This document shows positions 30,052 through 40,908 of a DNA stretch of 64,000 nt, in pieces. The stretch spans positions 32,001 to 96,000 of the forward strand of contig MTMD02000001.1 of assembly GCA_002010065.2 (NCBI GenBank), in the 5' to 3' direction. Under the pieces are notes generated by a model. That model was not told the origin of the DNA, did not search any database, and was given only the letters and a program-made list of their open reading frames with translations. The position numbers and the translations under genes were made by a program. The DNA comes from Candidatus Pyrohabitans jungbluthii. GTDB lineage: Archaea > Hydrothermarchaeota > Hydrothermarchaeia > Hydrothermarchaeales > BMS3B. Within the stretch, counting starts at the first letter, position 1; each line of letters opens with the position of its first letter.

Positions 30052-30852
30052 ATGTTCATAAGCGAGAACGCAAGGCTCAACTTTTTCAGGTGGCGGTACG
30101 AGGCAGAGTTCTACTACAAGCTTGCTCTTGCCTTTACCTTTGCCGGGCTCACCGGCATTGGGGCGCAGGCGAAGCTATACCTTCCCTTCACCCCTGTGCC
30201 AATAACAGGACAGGTGTTCTTTGTGCTCCTGAGCGGCGTTGTGCTGGGCAGGAATTACGGCGCGTTGAGCATGGCGCTCTACGCAGCGCTTGGTGCTTTA
30301 GGTGTACCCTGGTTCGCCGGGGGTAAGGCTGGAGTAGAGGTGCTCCTGGGCGCAACCGGAGGCTACATCCTCGGCTTCATCCTTGCTTCATACCTGATTG
30401 GCTACTTCACCGACACCTACATAAGCTCTCGAAGCCTAGCCTCGCAGCTCGGGCTAATGTTCGCTGGCGTTGGGATAATCTACACTCTTGGCGCAGTGCA
30501 GCTCGCTCACGTGGCGAAGCTGAGCACTGGCGAGGCTCTAGCTAAAGGGGTGCTCCCATTCATCCCGGGCGATATACTAAAGGCCCTCGCCGCAGTAGCA
30601 ATTTCCACAGCGGTCCTGCCTAAGGCAAGCTATGCCCAGGAAAAAGACGCAGGTGCACAGAGCGCAGGAAGAGCAAGGCTCTACCTCAGCGCCATCGCAG
30701 CAACGGCGGCTGCTTTCTTCCTGGCACTCTTCTGGATAAAACTCTTGGGACTCAAAAGCGCGAGCGTGGCGGAGCTTCTGTGGTATTCGCTGACCTACTC
30801 CGCAGCGGTGCTCCTGTGCGCCGGAAGCGCAGCCTACCTGGCGAAGAGGTAG
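30052..30852 (+). CDS. bioY: biotin ECF transporter S component with extra C-terminal TM helices
   Basis: PVPITGQ, LGVPWFAGG, TGGYILGF and PFIPGDILK motifs. Confidence 0.9.
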   Translation: MFISENARLNFFRWRYEAEFYYKLALAFTFAGLTGIGAQAKLYLPFTPVPITGQVFFVLLSGVVLGRNYGALSMALYAALGALGVPWFAGGKAGVEVLLGATGGYILGFILASYLIGYFTDTYISSRSLASQLGLMFAGVGIIYTLGAVQLAHVAKLSTGEALAKGVLPFIPGDILKALAAVAISTAVLPKASYAQEKDAGAQSAGRARLYLSAIAATAAAFFLALFWIKLLGLKSASVAELLWYSLTYSAAVLLCAGSAAYLAKR

Positions 30853-30858
30853 CCTGAG

Positions 30859-33800
30859 TCAGACCCGCCTCAGGGCGGAAGTCTTCTGTTCGATATACCT
30901 CTCCAGGAGCTCCCCCTTTTTCTTCAACTCTTTATCCTTCTCCTCCAGGAGCTTCTTAAGCTCCCTAACCTCCTCCTCCAGCTTTTCCTTTTCCTCTAGG
31001 AGTGAGGAGTACTTCTTCTCAAGCTGCTTTGCGCTCTTGTATGCGCTTGCCTCTATCCTGCTGAAGATCTTCTCCGCCGTTGCTGTGGCGTTCTTTATAA
31101 GCTGGCCAGCCTGGGAAAGAAACTCCGTCCTTGCCTCTCTGCCCTCCCTGACTCCCGGCGCAGTGCCAACGCCAAGCTTTGCATCCTCGAGGTACTCTAT
31201 CGCAACCCTCAAGAAGGAAACGCACCTCTCCACATCCCCATCAATCCCATCAACGCTCGCAGAAAGGGTGTACAGCTTCTTTATAGACTGAGAGGCGCCC
31301 TCAATGGCGATATCCACCTGCTTTGCGCTGTACTTCCTGAAGCAGGCTTCAACACCCTTCGCAGCCTTCCCCAGCGCTGCGAAGACCTCCTTCTCCAGCT
31401 CCTTAAGCTCCTTCTCAACCTTCACCGACTCCTGGAGCAGCTTCTGCTTTAAGCGAGAATTCTCATTTTTCAGCATCTCCATCTCCGCGCTCAGCTTCGC
31501 AAGCTCTCTGCGCAGCCTCTCAATCTCGACATCCCTCTCCTTCTGCTCTCTAACGGCGCTGTCCACCCTGCCATAGAGGAGCAGGTTCTCCTTTTCCAAA
31601 GTCTTGCACTTCTCCTCATACTGCTCCAGCTTCTGCACCTTTGCTTTGAGTTCCTCGAAGGCTTTGCTTTTCAACGCTGCCTCCTCACGAAGCGAATGGT
31701 ACTCCTTCGCAAGCTTTGCCAGCTCCTCCTTCTCCTGGGTGAGGCTCTCAAGCTCCGTCCTGTACTGGGAAAGCGCTGCCTCCTGCTCGCTGAATTTCTG
31801 CTTCAGCTTTTCATGCTCGCCCTTCAGGGCCTCAAATTCATAAAGCTTCGCGAGCATCCGCTCAATTTCCTTCTCCATCCGGGAGTTCTCTTCCAGCAGA
31901 GCTTTAATCTTGCCTCTCGCCTCCTCAAGCTCCTTCGCATTTTTCTCATTCTCTGCGGTAAGGCTGGTGATTTGTTCCTTCGCCGCCTCAAGCTGGGCCT
32001 CAAGTTTTGCCACCTTGCTTTCTTCCGCCGCTAACCTCTGCTTCAGCTCCTGATTTTCCTTCTCATAGCCTTCGAGAAGCTTTATCCTTGAAACCAGCTC
32101 CTGAATCTCCTTCTCCAGCTTTTCTCTGAGGTTCTCAAGCTCGCCCTTCTCCTCCCTGGTTATCTTGAGTTCTTCCACGCGTGCCCCAAGCTCCTGCTTC
32201 GTGCTATTAAGCTCTTCCTCCAGCTTCTCCTTCATGGCTTCAAGCTCAGCGAGCTTTGCATCAAGCTTCTTAATCGTATCCTCCAGCTCGACGATCCTAT
32301 CCTTGGCCGCGAGAAGCTCTCCCTTCGCCTGCGTCGCCTCCTCCTCGTATTTTTCAAGAAGCTTCACCCTGCTGGCAAGCTCACTCCTCTCGCTACGTAG
32401 CTCTGCAAGCTCATTCTCAAGCGTCGCCTTCTCCACATTCAGCTTCTCTACAAGGGTCTCAAGCTCCTGCTTGGCCTCGGAATCTTTCCTTAGCTGGGCT
32501 ATTTCCCTCTCCTTCTCCTTCAGCTCCTGCGTAGCCCTGCCAAGCTCTTCCCTTTGCTGGGAAAGCTCCTTTTCCAAGCTCGCCTTCTCAGCGAGCGTCG
32601 TGGTAAGCCTGTCCTTTAGCTCAGCTACCTCTCCCTCAAGTTTTTCAATGCTGCGCTTCGCAGAAGCCAGTTCCGCCTTGAGGTCTTCATTTTCCTTCTC
32701 AAAGCCCTCAAGCAGCTTTACTCTACTTACATATTCTTCTATCTTCTCGCTCAACTCCTTAATCTTCGCCTCGTTGTCTATCCTGACCTTCTCAAGAACC
32801 CTCTTCTCCTCTTCGAGCAATTCTTTCTCTTCCTTAATTTTAAGAAGCTCCTCAATCTTTTCCTTTGCCAGACTGTGCTCATTCTCAAGTTTCCTGTACT
32901 CCTGCTCCAGCTTTTGATGTTTTTCTTTAAGTTCTGCCAGCTCCTGCTTCACAGCATCGAGGGTTTTCACCAGCTCGTTAAGCCTGGCGCTCTGCTCCTC
33001 GACGGTAAATTGCGAAGCGCGGAGATTCTCAGTTAACTCCTCAACCTTACCTTCAAGCTCTTGCTTTTTATCACCCAGCACCTGGAGCTTCTGCTTTAGC
33101 TCCCGTATAAGGGAGCGCATCTCCTTCTTCTCAAGATCATCGCCCGCAAACTCCCACTTCTCAACCTTCTCCGCCGAGAAGTCCAGAATAGCGCGAATGC
33201 TCTCATGAGCCCTCTCATAACCTTCAAGAAGTCTGTCTCTGATAAACAGCGTGGCGCGCTCCTCCACCATCTCCTGGTTTCTCGCCAGCAGCGCGTCGAT
33301 CTCTGCCTTCCTCTTCCTTAGTTCACCGAGCTTTTCATCAATCTCCCTCTTCCGCTCCTTCAAGCTATCGCATCTCTCCTTCAGAGAGGGTAGGTCTGAA
33401 AACTCCCTTAGTATCTCCTCCTCCTTTTCCCGCTTTCTCCTCTTAATCACCTCATATTCAGAGGAGAAATACTTCAGCTTGAGCTCAAAAAGGTCTGTCC
33501 TTGCCTTAATCTCCCCTATACTCGCCTTGCCGGTAATCTTTCCCACAAAACCCCCCTTTGGAGAAATCTCAAGAACACCTCCCCCCGATGAGTATTCATC
33601 AAGGAGAGTTTCCAGGGTAACAGGCTTACCGGCCAGCTTAATCTCCACATCCTCGGCATAGGGGGCGATGTCCCTGATAAAAGCCTGCCTCACCCTCGAG
33701 GCTTGCGCTGAGAACTCCCTCTCCACCTCATCTCTACTGCGCTCATACTCCTCAATCTTCTTTGAATAAGCCTCCTCGCAGCTCTTCAGCTTGCCTTCAA

Positions 33801-34167
33801 CTTCCTCAGCCTCCTTCTCCAGGGAGGCTATCTCCTCCTCAAACTTCTTGAGCTCCTGCTCTCCCTCAGAAACCGCCAATAGCTCTTCACGGGTTTTTGT
33901 GACCTGCTCACAGAATTCTTCGAGCATCTCAGAGGCGCGTATCCCCGTATTTTTAACAAAATCCCGCTCCTCTGGGAAATTCTCGTGTATCAGCTTAATT
34001 AGCTCAATAAGAGGGCTGCGAAGCGAGAGTGAGCGTTTTTCTATCTCTGTCAGCATGTCTATAAATTCCCTGCTTGCAGGTTTCTCTAAAGATGAAAGAG
34101 ATTTTATATCCTCATGGATTGAATACCACTCACTTCTGAGCACGTCAAGAAGCTCGCTTACCCTCAT
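30859..34167 (-). CDS. 1102-aa E/K-rich coiled-coil protein, no recognisable ATPase motifs
   Basis: Extended heptad pattern; recurring RVKLLE motif; no Walker A seen. Confidence 0.85.
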   Translation of the reverse strand: MRVSELLDVLRSEWYSIHEDIKSLSSLEKPASREFIDMLTEIEKRSLSLRSPLIELIKLIHENFPEERDFVKNTGIRASEMLEEFCEQVTKTREELLAVSEGEQELKKFEEEIASLEKEAEEVEGKLKSCEEAYSKKIEEYERSRDEVEREFSAQASRVRQAFIRDIAPYAEDVEIKLAGKPVTLETLLDEYSSGGGVLEISPKGGFVGKITGKASIGEIKARTDLFELKLKYFSSEYEVIKRRKREKEEEILREFSDLPSLKERCDSLKERKREIDEKLGELRKRKAEIDALLARNQEMVEERATLFIRDRLLEGYERAHESIRAILDFSAEKVEKWEFAGDDLEKKEMRSLIRELKQKLQVLGDKKQELEGKVEELTENLRASQFTVEEQSARLNELVKTLDAVKQELAELKEKHQKLEQEYRKLENEHSLAKEKIEELLKIKEEKELLEEEKRVLEKVRIDNEAKIKELSEKIEEYVSRVKLLEGFEKENEDLKAELASAKRSIEKLEGEVAELKDRLTTTLAEKASLEKELSQQREELGRATQELKEKEREIAQLRKDSEAKQELETLVEKLNVEKATLENELAELRSERSELASRVKLLEKYEEEATQAKGELLAAKDRIVELEDTIKKLDAKLAELEAMKEKLEEELNSTKQELGARVEELKITREEKGELENLREKLEKEIQELVSRIKLLEGYEKENQELKQRLAAEESKVAKLEAQLEAAKEQITSLTAENEKNAKELEEARGKIKALLEENSRMEKEIERMLAKLYEFEALKGEHEKLKQKFSEQEAALSQYRTELESLTQEKEELAKLAKEYHSLREEAALKSKAFEELKAKVQKLEQYEEKCKTLEKENLLLYGRVDSAVREQKERDVEIERLRRELAKLSAEMEMLKNENSRLKQKLLQESVKVEKELKELEKEVFAALGKAAKGVEACFRKYSAKQVDIAIEGASQSIKKLYTLSASVDGIDGDVERCVSFLRVAIEYLEDAKLGVGTAPGVREGREARTEFLSQAGQLIKNATATAEKIFSRIEASAYKSAKQLEKKYSSLLEEKEKLEEEVRELKKLLEEKDKELKKKGELLERYIEQKTSALRRV

Positions 34168-34351
34168 TTAGATCACACTCATTTGTGGAGTTTGGTATCC
34201 ATTTTTTAAAAGCCTTACGCATAGGGAGGATTGGTGCATAAAATTTTTGAAATATTTTTCAATTAAAGGGGGTGATGTGAAGATTCGTTCTAAAAAAGTT
34301 TATATCAAATAAATTTAAAAATTTTTAAATATTAATTCAGGGTGCACTGAG

Positions 34352-36442
34352 ATGCTCGGGATTATAAAAAAGGTTGGGTCGGCAATAAGGAACATGAAAC
34401 TTGTTTATAAAATTGTTGGAAGCTTTCTGATTATTGCCCTCCTATCCCACGCTGTGGGAATAATCGGGTACATGAAAATCGGAGAGATTAATTCAGCAAC
34501 TGCGAGGATATCTCAGGAGGCGTGGCCAAAAGCCGAAGCTTCTGCCCGGCTCTCAGAGGAGCTTTTTCTGCTTTCAGAATCTGCACTTAAGTATGCGGTT
34601 GCAGATTCTGAGATGCGCAAGGAGCTTAAAGACAGCTACTTCACCAGGGGAGAGAGATTGAGAGAGCTTATAGCTGAGATGGACGCCCAGCCTCTACATG
34701 TTCAGGAAAAGGAGGCGATGCTGACAATAAAAGAGACCTTCCCAAAATTCTTTGAGGCCGGGCTTACGCTGATGAGCGCATACGAGGAACTGAGCACAGC
34801 AAGAGAAGAGATTTCAGAGAAGGCTGAGGAGATCCACGAGGTGGGAGATGAGATAATCGAGACATCTGAAAGTCCTGCAATTAAAGAAGGAATCATAGAG
34901 CAGATGCTGGCAGCCTATGAATACATCAGCATCGGAGAAGAAGAGGAAAAGGAAAGGTTCTGGGAGGTTGGAAATAAATTAAAGGAACTGCCTGAGTATT
35001 CGAGCATAGAGGAAGAGCATACGCATTTTGAGGAGATTGCTGCAGGGCTTTTCGATACTTACGAGGATATGAAGGTGAAAGAAGCTTATGCAGAGGAGAG
35101 GAGGAGAGAATTTGAGAATTACAGAGACATTATTGTAACAAATGCCAGGAACCTCATTGAGGTGCAGAGGGAAACAATGGTCAGTGCAATGGCCACTGCT
35201 ATTCAGGAAAGTCAGGACACCAAAGAGGAATTGCAGACTGTTGCAGGTGCCGCAGTGCTTCTTGCTTTGATTTTTGCCATTGTTGGAGTGAGGACGATTA
35301 CCCGCCCGCTGAAGGAAATTTCAGAGAAGGCCAAAAAGGTTGCTAGGGGTGACCTGACGGTGGAGATCCGCAGCCAGAGCAAAGACGAGCTAGGTGAAGT
35401 TGCTAACTCCTTCTCTGCGATGCTTAAATCCCTGAGAGAGCTTATTGGTGATGTAAGAAGGGTGGCAGAAAACATCGCCTCTTCCTCCCAGCAGCTTTCT
35501 GCCACCAGCCAGAACGTCACTGCCTCGGCGGAGGAGATCAACAGCATAACCCAGGAGATAGCGGAGAGCTCTGCTACTGTCGCCTCAAAGACTCAGGAGA
35601 CAATGAAGGTCATGGACAATATGGAAGGCTCCCTTAACAGGGTGGAGGAAAGCGTGGCAAGAGCGATGAGCATAGCTGCTAGAACACGGGAGACGGCTGA
35701 GCAGGGAAGCGATGCCGCAAAGGAAGCGCTGGGCAGGATCAGTGAGATGAGAAGGCTAACCTCTCACACATCTGAGATGGTGAGAGAACTCGGGGAGAGC
35801 ACACAGAAGATAAGGAGGATCGTGGAAGTGATCTCCAACATCGCGGAGAAGACGAACCTGCTCGCTCTAAACGCCGCGATAGAGGCTGCGCGCGCAGGTG
35901 AGCATGGTCGAGGCTTTGCTGTAGTTGCGGAGGAGATAAGAAAGCTGGCGGACAGCTCTGCAAAGTCGGCAGAGGAAATAGGAAGCATAATCGACGAGGT
36001 AGGGAGGAAGGTAGGACAGGTGGTAAGCGAAATAGAGGCAAGTGCTGAGGATATAGAGAGTGGCACCCAAGTGGTGAGCAGTGCCCTTGCTTCTTTCAAC
36101 GAAATAACAAAAAGTGTTGAGGAGACCAGTGGGGTAATAGGTGAGATAAATCTCGCCACCAAAAAGCTTAAAAATGATGCAAGGAGCGTAATTGAATCAG
36201 CTAACTCCATTGCGGCAATGATAGATGAGACTGCTGCCGCAACCCAGGAGACAGCCGCCGCTGTTCAGGAGCTTAGCGCCGCGATGCAGGAGCTTGCAGC
36301 CATGGCTGAGCATCTCTCTGAGGCGGCGCAGCAGCTTGAGGATTCTGTGAAGATGTTTAAGGTCACTGATTCACCACCTACGAAGTCCGTGGAGCCTCAA
36401 AGCACATCTAAAAGCGTTATATTGGAAAGCTTAAGTAAATAG
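34352..36442 (+). CDS. methyl-accepting chemotaxis protein
   Basis: TM-sensor-TM-HAMP (DELGEVA); [37 protein letters not shown] signalling hairpin. Confidence 0.95.
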   Translation: MLGIIKKVGSAIRNMKLVYKIVGSFLIIALLSHAVGIIGYMKIGEINSATARISQEAWPKAEASARLSEELFLLSESALKYAVADSEMRKELKDSYFTRGERLRELIAEMDAQPLHVQEKEAMLTIKETFPKFFEAGLTLMSAYEELSTAREEISEKAEEIHEVGDEIIETSESPAIKEGIIEQMLAAYEYISIGEEEEKERFWEVGNKLKELPEYSSIEEEHTHFEEIAAGLFDTYEDMKVKEAYAEERRREFENYRDIIVTNARNLIEVQRETMVSAMATAIQESQDTKEELQTVAGAAVLLALIFAIVGVRTITRPLKEISEKAKKVARGDLTVEIRSQSKDELGEVANSFSAMLKSLRELIGDVRRVAENIASSSQQLSATSQNVTASAEEINSITQEIAESSATVASKTQETMKVMDNMEGSLNRVEESVARAMSIAARTRETAEQGSDAAKEALGRISEMRRLTSHTSEMVRELGESTQKIRRIVEVISNIAEKTNLLALNAAIEAARAGEHGRGFAVVAEEIRKLADSSAKSAEEIGSIIDEVGRKVGQVVSEIEASAEDIESGTQVVSSALASFNEITKSVEETSGVIGEINLATKKLKNDARSVIESANSIAAMIDETAAATQETAAAVQELSAAMQELAAMAEHLSEAAQQLEDSVKMFKVTDSPPTKSVEPQSTSKSVILESLSK

Positions 36443-36455
36443 AATCTCAAATTTT

Positions 36456-37934
36456 GTGATAGTTGCGAGAAAAAAGTTTTATATTGTCAAGCATAAGGCT
36501 ATGAATAAAGGAAAAGAAATAGGGATGATCCCCTTGGAAGCTCTGCTGGAGGAAGTGACCCAGCTTAGGGAGCTGGAGAAGACCTATCTCAAGGTTATAA
36601 AGGCGCTTCATCTTGAATGTACGAGACTTGAAGAGGAGGTTTCTCAACTCAGGAGGCTGAAAGAAGAGGTTAAATATCTGCAGCAGCTTGAGCTTTGGTA
36701 TATCAAGGCGCTCAAGGGCTTGAACGAGGAATGCAATCGCCTTGAGAGGGAGATTTATGAGTTGAAGAGGAGGAGCGTCTTACCCCAGACGTCTGTTAAC
36801 ATCGAGAGGTACCTTGAAGGTGACTTCACGCTTCTGGAGCTTCTTGCCTTTGCAGATAGCAGAGTTAGCCTGAAAGCGCTTAAAAAGGCATCCAGCTGGC
36901 TTGGAGTGGAATACAGAAGAGCAAAAGAGGAAATCAAGAAACTCGAGAGAGATGGGATTATCTACCTTAAAAATGGGCATGCGGTGATAAGAAGCGAGGT
37001 GCAGGAGCAGTTCAGAGATTACCTGCTCCGCAGTATTCCAGATAGAGATGAGATAATAGAAAACCTCAATGCCGATGCCATTGAAGCTGTTGAGCTGCTC
37101 CGCCGCAGACGTGGCGTGCTAACAAAAGACAAATTTGAAGAGCTGGACGTGGATAAGAAGGCTGCACTTCTGAAGCTTGTAGAAAAGAAGCTACTCTTCA
37201 GAACCATCGACAGGGATGGTGAGTTAATCTACTTCATGCCCGAAGAAGTTCTCGAGCTAATGGAGGAGCTTCGAGTAGAGGTTGCGAAACGCTCAAAAGT
37301 GACAAGAGAAGAGTTGATGAAAAAATTGAACATCAAAGACCCGACGGAGGAGGAAATTGACCTCATACTAAGCACATTCAATGAGTCTGAACTGGAGCCG
37401 GCTGAGCTTGAAAGCAATGAAACACTTATTGAAGCTTTCCGCAATGAGCAGGTTGATGTGTTGGTAAACGCTCTGAAGAGCGAAGATGTGCACATCCGCA
37501 GATTCGCTGTCTCTGCCCTGTGGAAGATTGGAAGCAGGGATGTGGTGGAACACCTTATCGAGATGCTCGACGATACCGACGCCTATGTTAGAAGGCTCGC
37601 CATCTCGGCGCTATTGAAGATTCCCGACGAGCGCATGGTGGAGCCGATGATAAGGAAACTCGACGACGAGGACAGCATGGTGCGCTACTCCGCTGCGTCC
37701 TACTTTGACAACTACCCTCACTCAAGCGCTTTTCCCTCGCTAGTGAAAGCTCTTAGGGATGAGGACAGCATGGTGCGCACCGTCGCCGCCTCAGCGCTCG
37801 GCAAGCTTGGCATGAAAGAGGCTGTGCCATATCTGATAGAGGCTTTAAGGGATGAGGACGCGTGGGTAAGGCACTGCGCTGCTGAAGCTCTGGACAAGAT
37901 AAAAGGCAGGATAAAAAATGTACGATTGGCTTGA
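36456..37934 (+). CDS. coiled-coil + winged-helix-like + HEAT (PBS-lyase) repeat protein; true start may be 36501 or 36525
   Basis: L.DED..VR..AA.ALG repeats; [13 protein letters not shown] motif. Confidence 0.8.
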   Translation: MIVARKKFYIVKHKAMNKGKEIGMIPLEALLEEVTQLRELEKTYLKVIKALHLECTRLEEEVSQLRRLKEEVKYLQQLELWYIKALKGLNEECNRLEREIYELKRRSVLPQTSVNIERYLEGDFTLLELLAFADSRVSLKALKKASSWLGVEYRRAKEEIKKLERDGIIYLKNGHAVIRSEVQEQFRDYLLRSIPDRDEIIENLNADAIEAVELLRRRRGVLTKDKFEELDVDKKAALLKLVEKKLLFRTIDRDGELIYFMPEEVLELMEELRVEVAKRSKVTREELMKKLNIKDPTEEEIDLILSTFNESELEPAELESNETLIEAFRNEQVDVLVNALKSEDVHIRRFAVSALWKIGSRDVVEHLIEMLDDTDAYVRRLAISALLKIPDERMVEPMIRKLDDEDSMVRYSAASYFDNYPHSSAFPSLVKALRDEDSMVRTVAASALGKLGMKEAVPYLIEALRDEDAWVRHCAAEALDKIKGRIKNVRLA

Positions 37935-39834
37935 TAAGTTGCTGGAGGAGGATGAGAAGGAGCTTAAGGAGATTTCATTCCCTAGAGGTAAGAAGCTCGA
38001 AAAGCACTTCAGAAACCTCAAAGAGGTAAAGAAGTTCATTGAGAAGTCAAAATTTACTGGGATAGTAAGGGCCAAGTCGAGAATTGAAAATGTCTTTCTC
38101 CTGTATCTCCAAGGGGAACTTGCTGGAGCTGCTACCTTTTCAAGGCTTGGGCTGTATACCACATTTGGAGAAAAGGCCCTCAGTAACATCCTTGACTCCA
38201 GTTTCGTTATAGAGTCTATAGAGGAGTATAATCATGAAGAACTCTACTCTACGCTTATTTCAAATCCTGAGATGGTAGCCAACAAGAACCTCCAGAGGAA
38301 AATCTTCAGTATAAGTGAGACCATTGACACCCTCCCCCCAGAGACTGTTGGGCTGCTTGAGATGCTGGTATTCAGTGAGGGGGCTGTACAGAGAGAGCTA
38401 CTGAGAATTGTTAGCCTATCGGTATTTCTCTCTGACTTCGGAGAAAATGACTTCAATGCTGCCATTGACACAATAGATAAGCTTGACTTTGTAACAGAAC
38501 GCAATGGCGGTTATGAAATCAGCAGTGAATACAAAGCCCTGCTGCGGCAGATATTTCTCAAGCGTGCCAAGGTGGAGAAAGCGAGGGAACTTATTAGAAC
38601 CGACCAAACCACCAGTCAGCTCCTTTCCCTTTTAGCCGATACCGGAAAGGTCAGCTACAGTGAACTCAAAAAATTTCTAGGTGGAGAGGTGGACACAGCG
38701 ATAAGCAAGCTTGTGAGCCTTGGGGCTCTGTTTAGAGGCGTGGACAGCAGCGGTTTGCCAACCGTATTCCTCCCGAAAGCGCTTCATGAACAACTCCTCG
38801 CAGAAAGGACAGAGGAAAACCAGCGTGTGGAAGAGGTGGAGCTGAGCAGGGAAGAGCTGATGAAAAAACTCAATATACGTGAACCCACAGATGAGGACAT
38901 CGAGGCTATAGTTCGCTCTATACTGGAGGAGTCTGAGGATGAACTTGAGGCACTTCATCCCCTTATTGAAGCACTGAGAGAGGGCGATGCTCGGGTAAGA
39001 AGCGTCGCAGCCTCCGCCCTAGCAAAGATAGGCGACGCGCGTGCAATTGAGCCCCTGATACATGCCCTGTTTGATGAAGACAACAATGTGAGGGTAAGCG
39101 CTGCAAAGGCGCTGGGCACGTTGAAGAGCCCAAAGGCTGTAGAGCCCCTGATTGAAACACTCAGCGACGAGGATAGTGCCGTAAGAGCAAGCGCTGCAAA
39201 AGCCTTGGGGAGCATTGGCGACACGCGCGCAATAGAGCCTCTGATCTCTACCCTTAGCGACGGGGACAGCACGGTAAGAGCAAGTGCCGCAAGAGCTTTG
39301 GGGAGCATCGGTGACGAACGCGCAATAGAGCCTCTGATTGAAGCCTTTTATAAGGAAGAGGATGAACTTGCGCGCAGGGACATAATATCCGCGCTTTCCG
39401 GTTACAGAGACGAGAGAATACTGGAGATTATGATACAGTGTCTTAAGGATAGAGATGCCTATGTGAGGCGCATCGCCGCCTCGGCGCTCTGGAAGAGTGG
39501 CGGTGAGCGTGCCATTGAACCACTCATCGAGGCGCTCAAAGATGAAGAAAGCACTGTGAGATACTGCGCAGTCTCAGCTTTGGATGGAGTCAAGGATGAG
39601 CGCGTGATTGAGCCGCTCATAGGGGCACTCAACGACAATGATGATATGGTGCGCACCGTCGCTGCCTCTGCCCTGGGCAAGATTAATGACGAGAGGGCGA
39701 TAGAGGCGCTCAAGAAGGCACTTAATGATAAAAGCGAATGGGTTCGAAACTGTGCTGCTGAGGCACTACAGAATCTCGGCGTTAACATCCCAGACACCAA
39801 ACCTGAGACACTCTTCGAGAAAAAAGTTATATAA
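37918..39834 (+). CDS. DUF2226-like N-terminus + HEAT (PBS-lyase) repeat protein
   Basis: KFTGIVR...[12 protein letters not shown]-terminal pattern; [13 protein letters not shown] motif; about 9 HEAT repeats. Confidence 0.78.
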   Translation: MYDWLDKLLEEDEKELKEISFPRGKKLEKHFRNLKEVKKFIEKSKFTGIVRAKSRIENVFLLYLQGELAGAATFSRLGLYTTFGEKALSNILDSSFVIESIEEYNHEELYSTLISNPEMVANKNLQRKIFSISETIDTLPPETVGLLEMLVFSEGAVQRELLRIVSLSVFLSDFGENDFNAAIDTIDKLDFVTERNGGYEISSEYKALLRQIFLKRAKVEKARELIRTDQTTSQLLSLLADTGKVSYSELKKFLGGEVDTAISKLVSLGALFRGVDSSGLPTVFLPKALHEQLLAERTEENQRVEEVELSREELMKKLNIREPTDEDIEAIVRSILEESEDELEALHPLIEALREGDARVRSVAASALAKIGDARAIEPLIHALFDEDNNVRVSAAKALGTLKSPKAVEPLIETLSDEDSAVRASAAKALGSIGDTRAIEPLISTLSDGDSTVRASAARALGSIGDERAIEPLIEAFYKEEDELARRDIISALSGYRDERILEIMIQCLKDRDAYVRRIAASALWKSGGERAIEPLIEALKDEESTVRYCAVSALDGVKDERVIEPLIGALNDNDDMVRTVAASALGKINDERAIEALKKALNDKSEWVRNCAAEALQNLGVNIPDTKPETLFEKKVI

Positions 39835-39863
39835 GCACTGACTACGTAACCTCTACCGGAGGT

Positions 39864-40667
39864 ATGCGAATGGGCACATCTATAACAATAGCTGCCGGCA
39901 AGGGTGGTACAGGCAAAACAACCATAAGTGCCAATCTTGGAATCGCTCTTGCACAGAGGGGGAAGAGTGTCACAATTCTCGACGCCGACATAGCGATGGC
40001 AAATCTGGAGCTTATTCTCGGAATGGAAGGGAAAAGCAGAACCCTGCAGGACGTGCTTGCAGGGGAGTGTGAGATTGAGGAGGCCATATATGAGGGTCCA
40101 GGTGGAGTTAAGGTTGTTCCGGCAGGCATAAGCTTGAGCAAGCTGAAAAGGGTGAATCCAGAGAGGCTCGCTGGGGTTATGGAAAGTCTTGTGGATAGAA
40201 CCGATATTCTAATTATTGACGCTCCTGCAGGCCTTGGAAAGGAAGCATACATTGCTCTCTCCATGGCAGAAAATCTCATACTTGTGGTAAACCCTGAGAT
40301 TTCGTCACTATCAGACGCGCTTAAAACAAAAAAGGTAGCTGAGATGTGCGGCACAAACGTGCTTGGTGCGATACTCAACAGGGCAACAGGCAATGAGTTT
40401 GACCTTACTGCGCATCATGTAGGCGCTGTGCTTGAGACACAAATCCTGACGGTGGTGCCGGAAGACAGCGAGGTTAAGAAAGCCTCTGCAATTGGTGTGC
40501 CTCTAGTTATAAGCTCACCCACATCAAAGGCTGCTATTGCAATAAACAGGCTGGCGGCAGAGCTTCTCGGCGAGGAGTACATACCTCCTACAACTCCTGA
40601 GAAAAAGAAGAGCATCCTGCAGAGACTTCTGGGTGGGCTGAAACTTAAGACAAGAAGCGCACCTTGA
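39864..40667 (+). CDS. minD: archaeal MinD/ParA-family ATPase
   Basis: [23 protein letters not shown]; amphipathic C-terminal ILQRLLGG. Confidence 0.92.
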   Translation: MRMGTSITIAAGKGGTGKTTISANLGIALAQRGKSVTILDADIAMANLELILGMEGKSRTLQDVLAGECEIEEAIYEGPGGVKVVPAGISLSKLKRVNPERLAGVMESLVDRTDILIIDAPAGLGKEAYIALSMAENLILVVNPEISSLSDALKTKKVAEMCGTNVLGAILNRATGNEFDLTAHHVGAVLETQILTVVPEDSEVKKASAIGVPLVISSPTSKAAIAINRLAAELLGEEYIPPTTPEKKKSILQRLLGGLKLKTRSAP

Positions 40668-40677
40668 GTGGATACGC

Positions 40678-40908
40678 ATGGTGGACGTTTACACCTCCTT
40701 AAAAATTCTCTACTTTCTCTTCGGAATAAGCCTAACCTTGAACGTAATCCTTGCCTTTAAGGTTAGAAGCCTCCGCCTCAAGATAGAGGAGATGAACAGC
40801 CGGATTACACTGTCTGAAGAGGAGATCCAGCAGATAACCGCACGCCTGAAGCGTCTTAGCGAGCTTCATGGCGACATAGAGCTTCCCCCAATCACACTGA
40901 GAAGGTAG
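40678..40908 (+). CDS. small single-TM coiled-coil protein after minD
   Basis: N-terminal TM helix then heptads; 10 nt after the minD stop. Confidence 0.6.
   Translation: MVDVYTSLKILYFLFGISLTLNVILAFKVRSLRLKIEEMNSRITLSEEEIQQITARLKRLSELHGDIELPPITLRR

Noticed and set aside
32165-32917. Ser/Phe-rich plus-strand ORFs, and similar antisense ORFs throughout
   Set aside because: Shadow frames of E/K-rich or otherwise well-supported genes on the opposite strand.
30859-34167. SMC/Rad50 call for the long coiled-coil protein
   Set aside because: No Walker A/B, signature motif or zinc hook recognised.
38960-39340. DNA-level ~93-nt repeats
   Set aside because: They are the coding sequence of the HEAT repeats.
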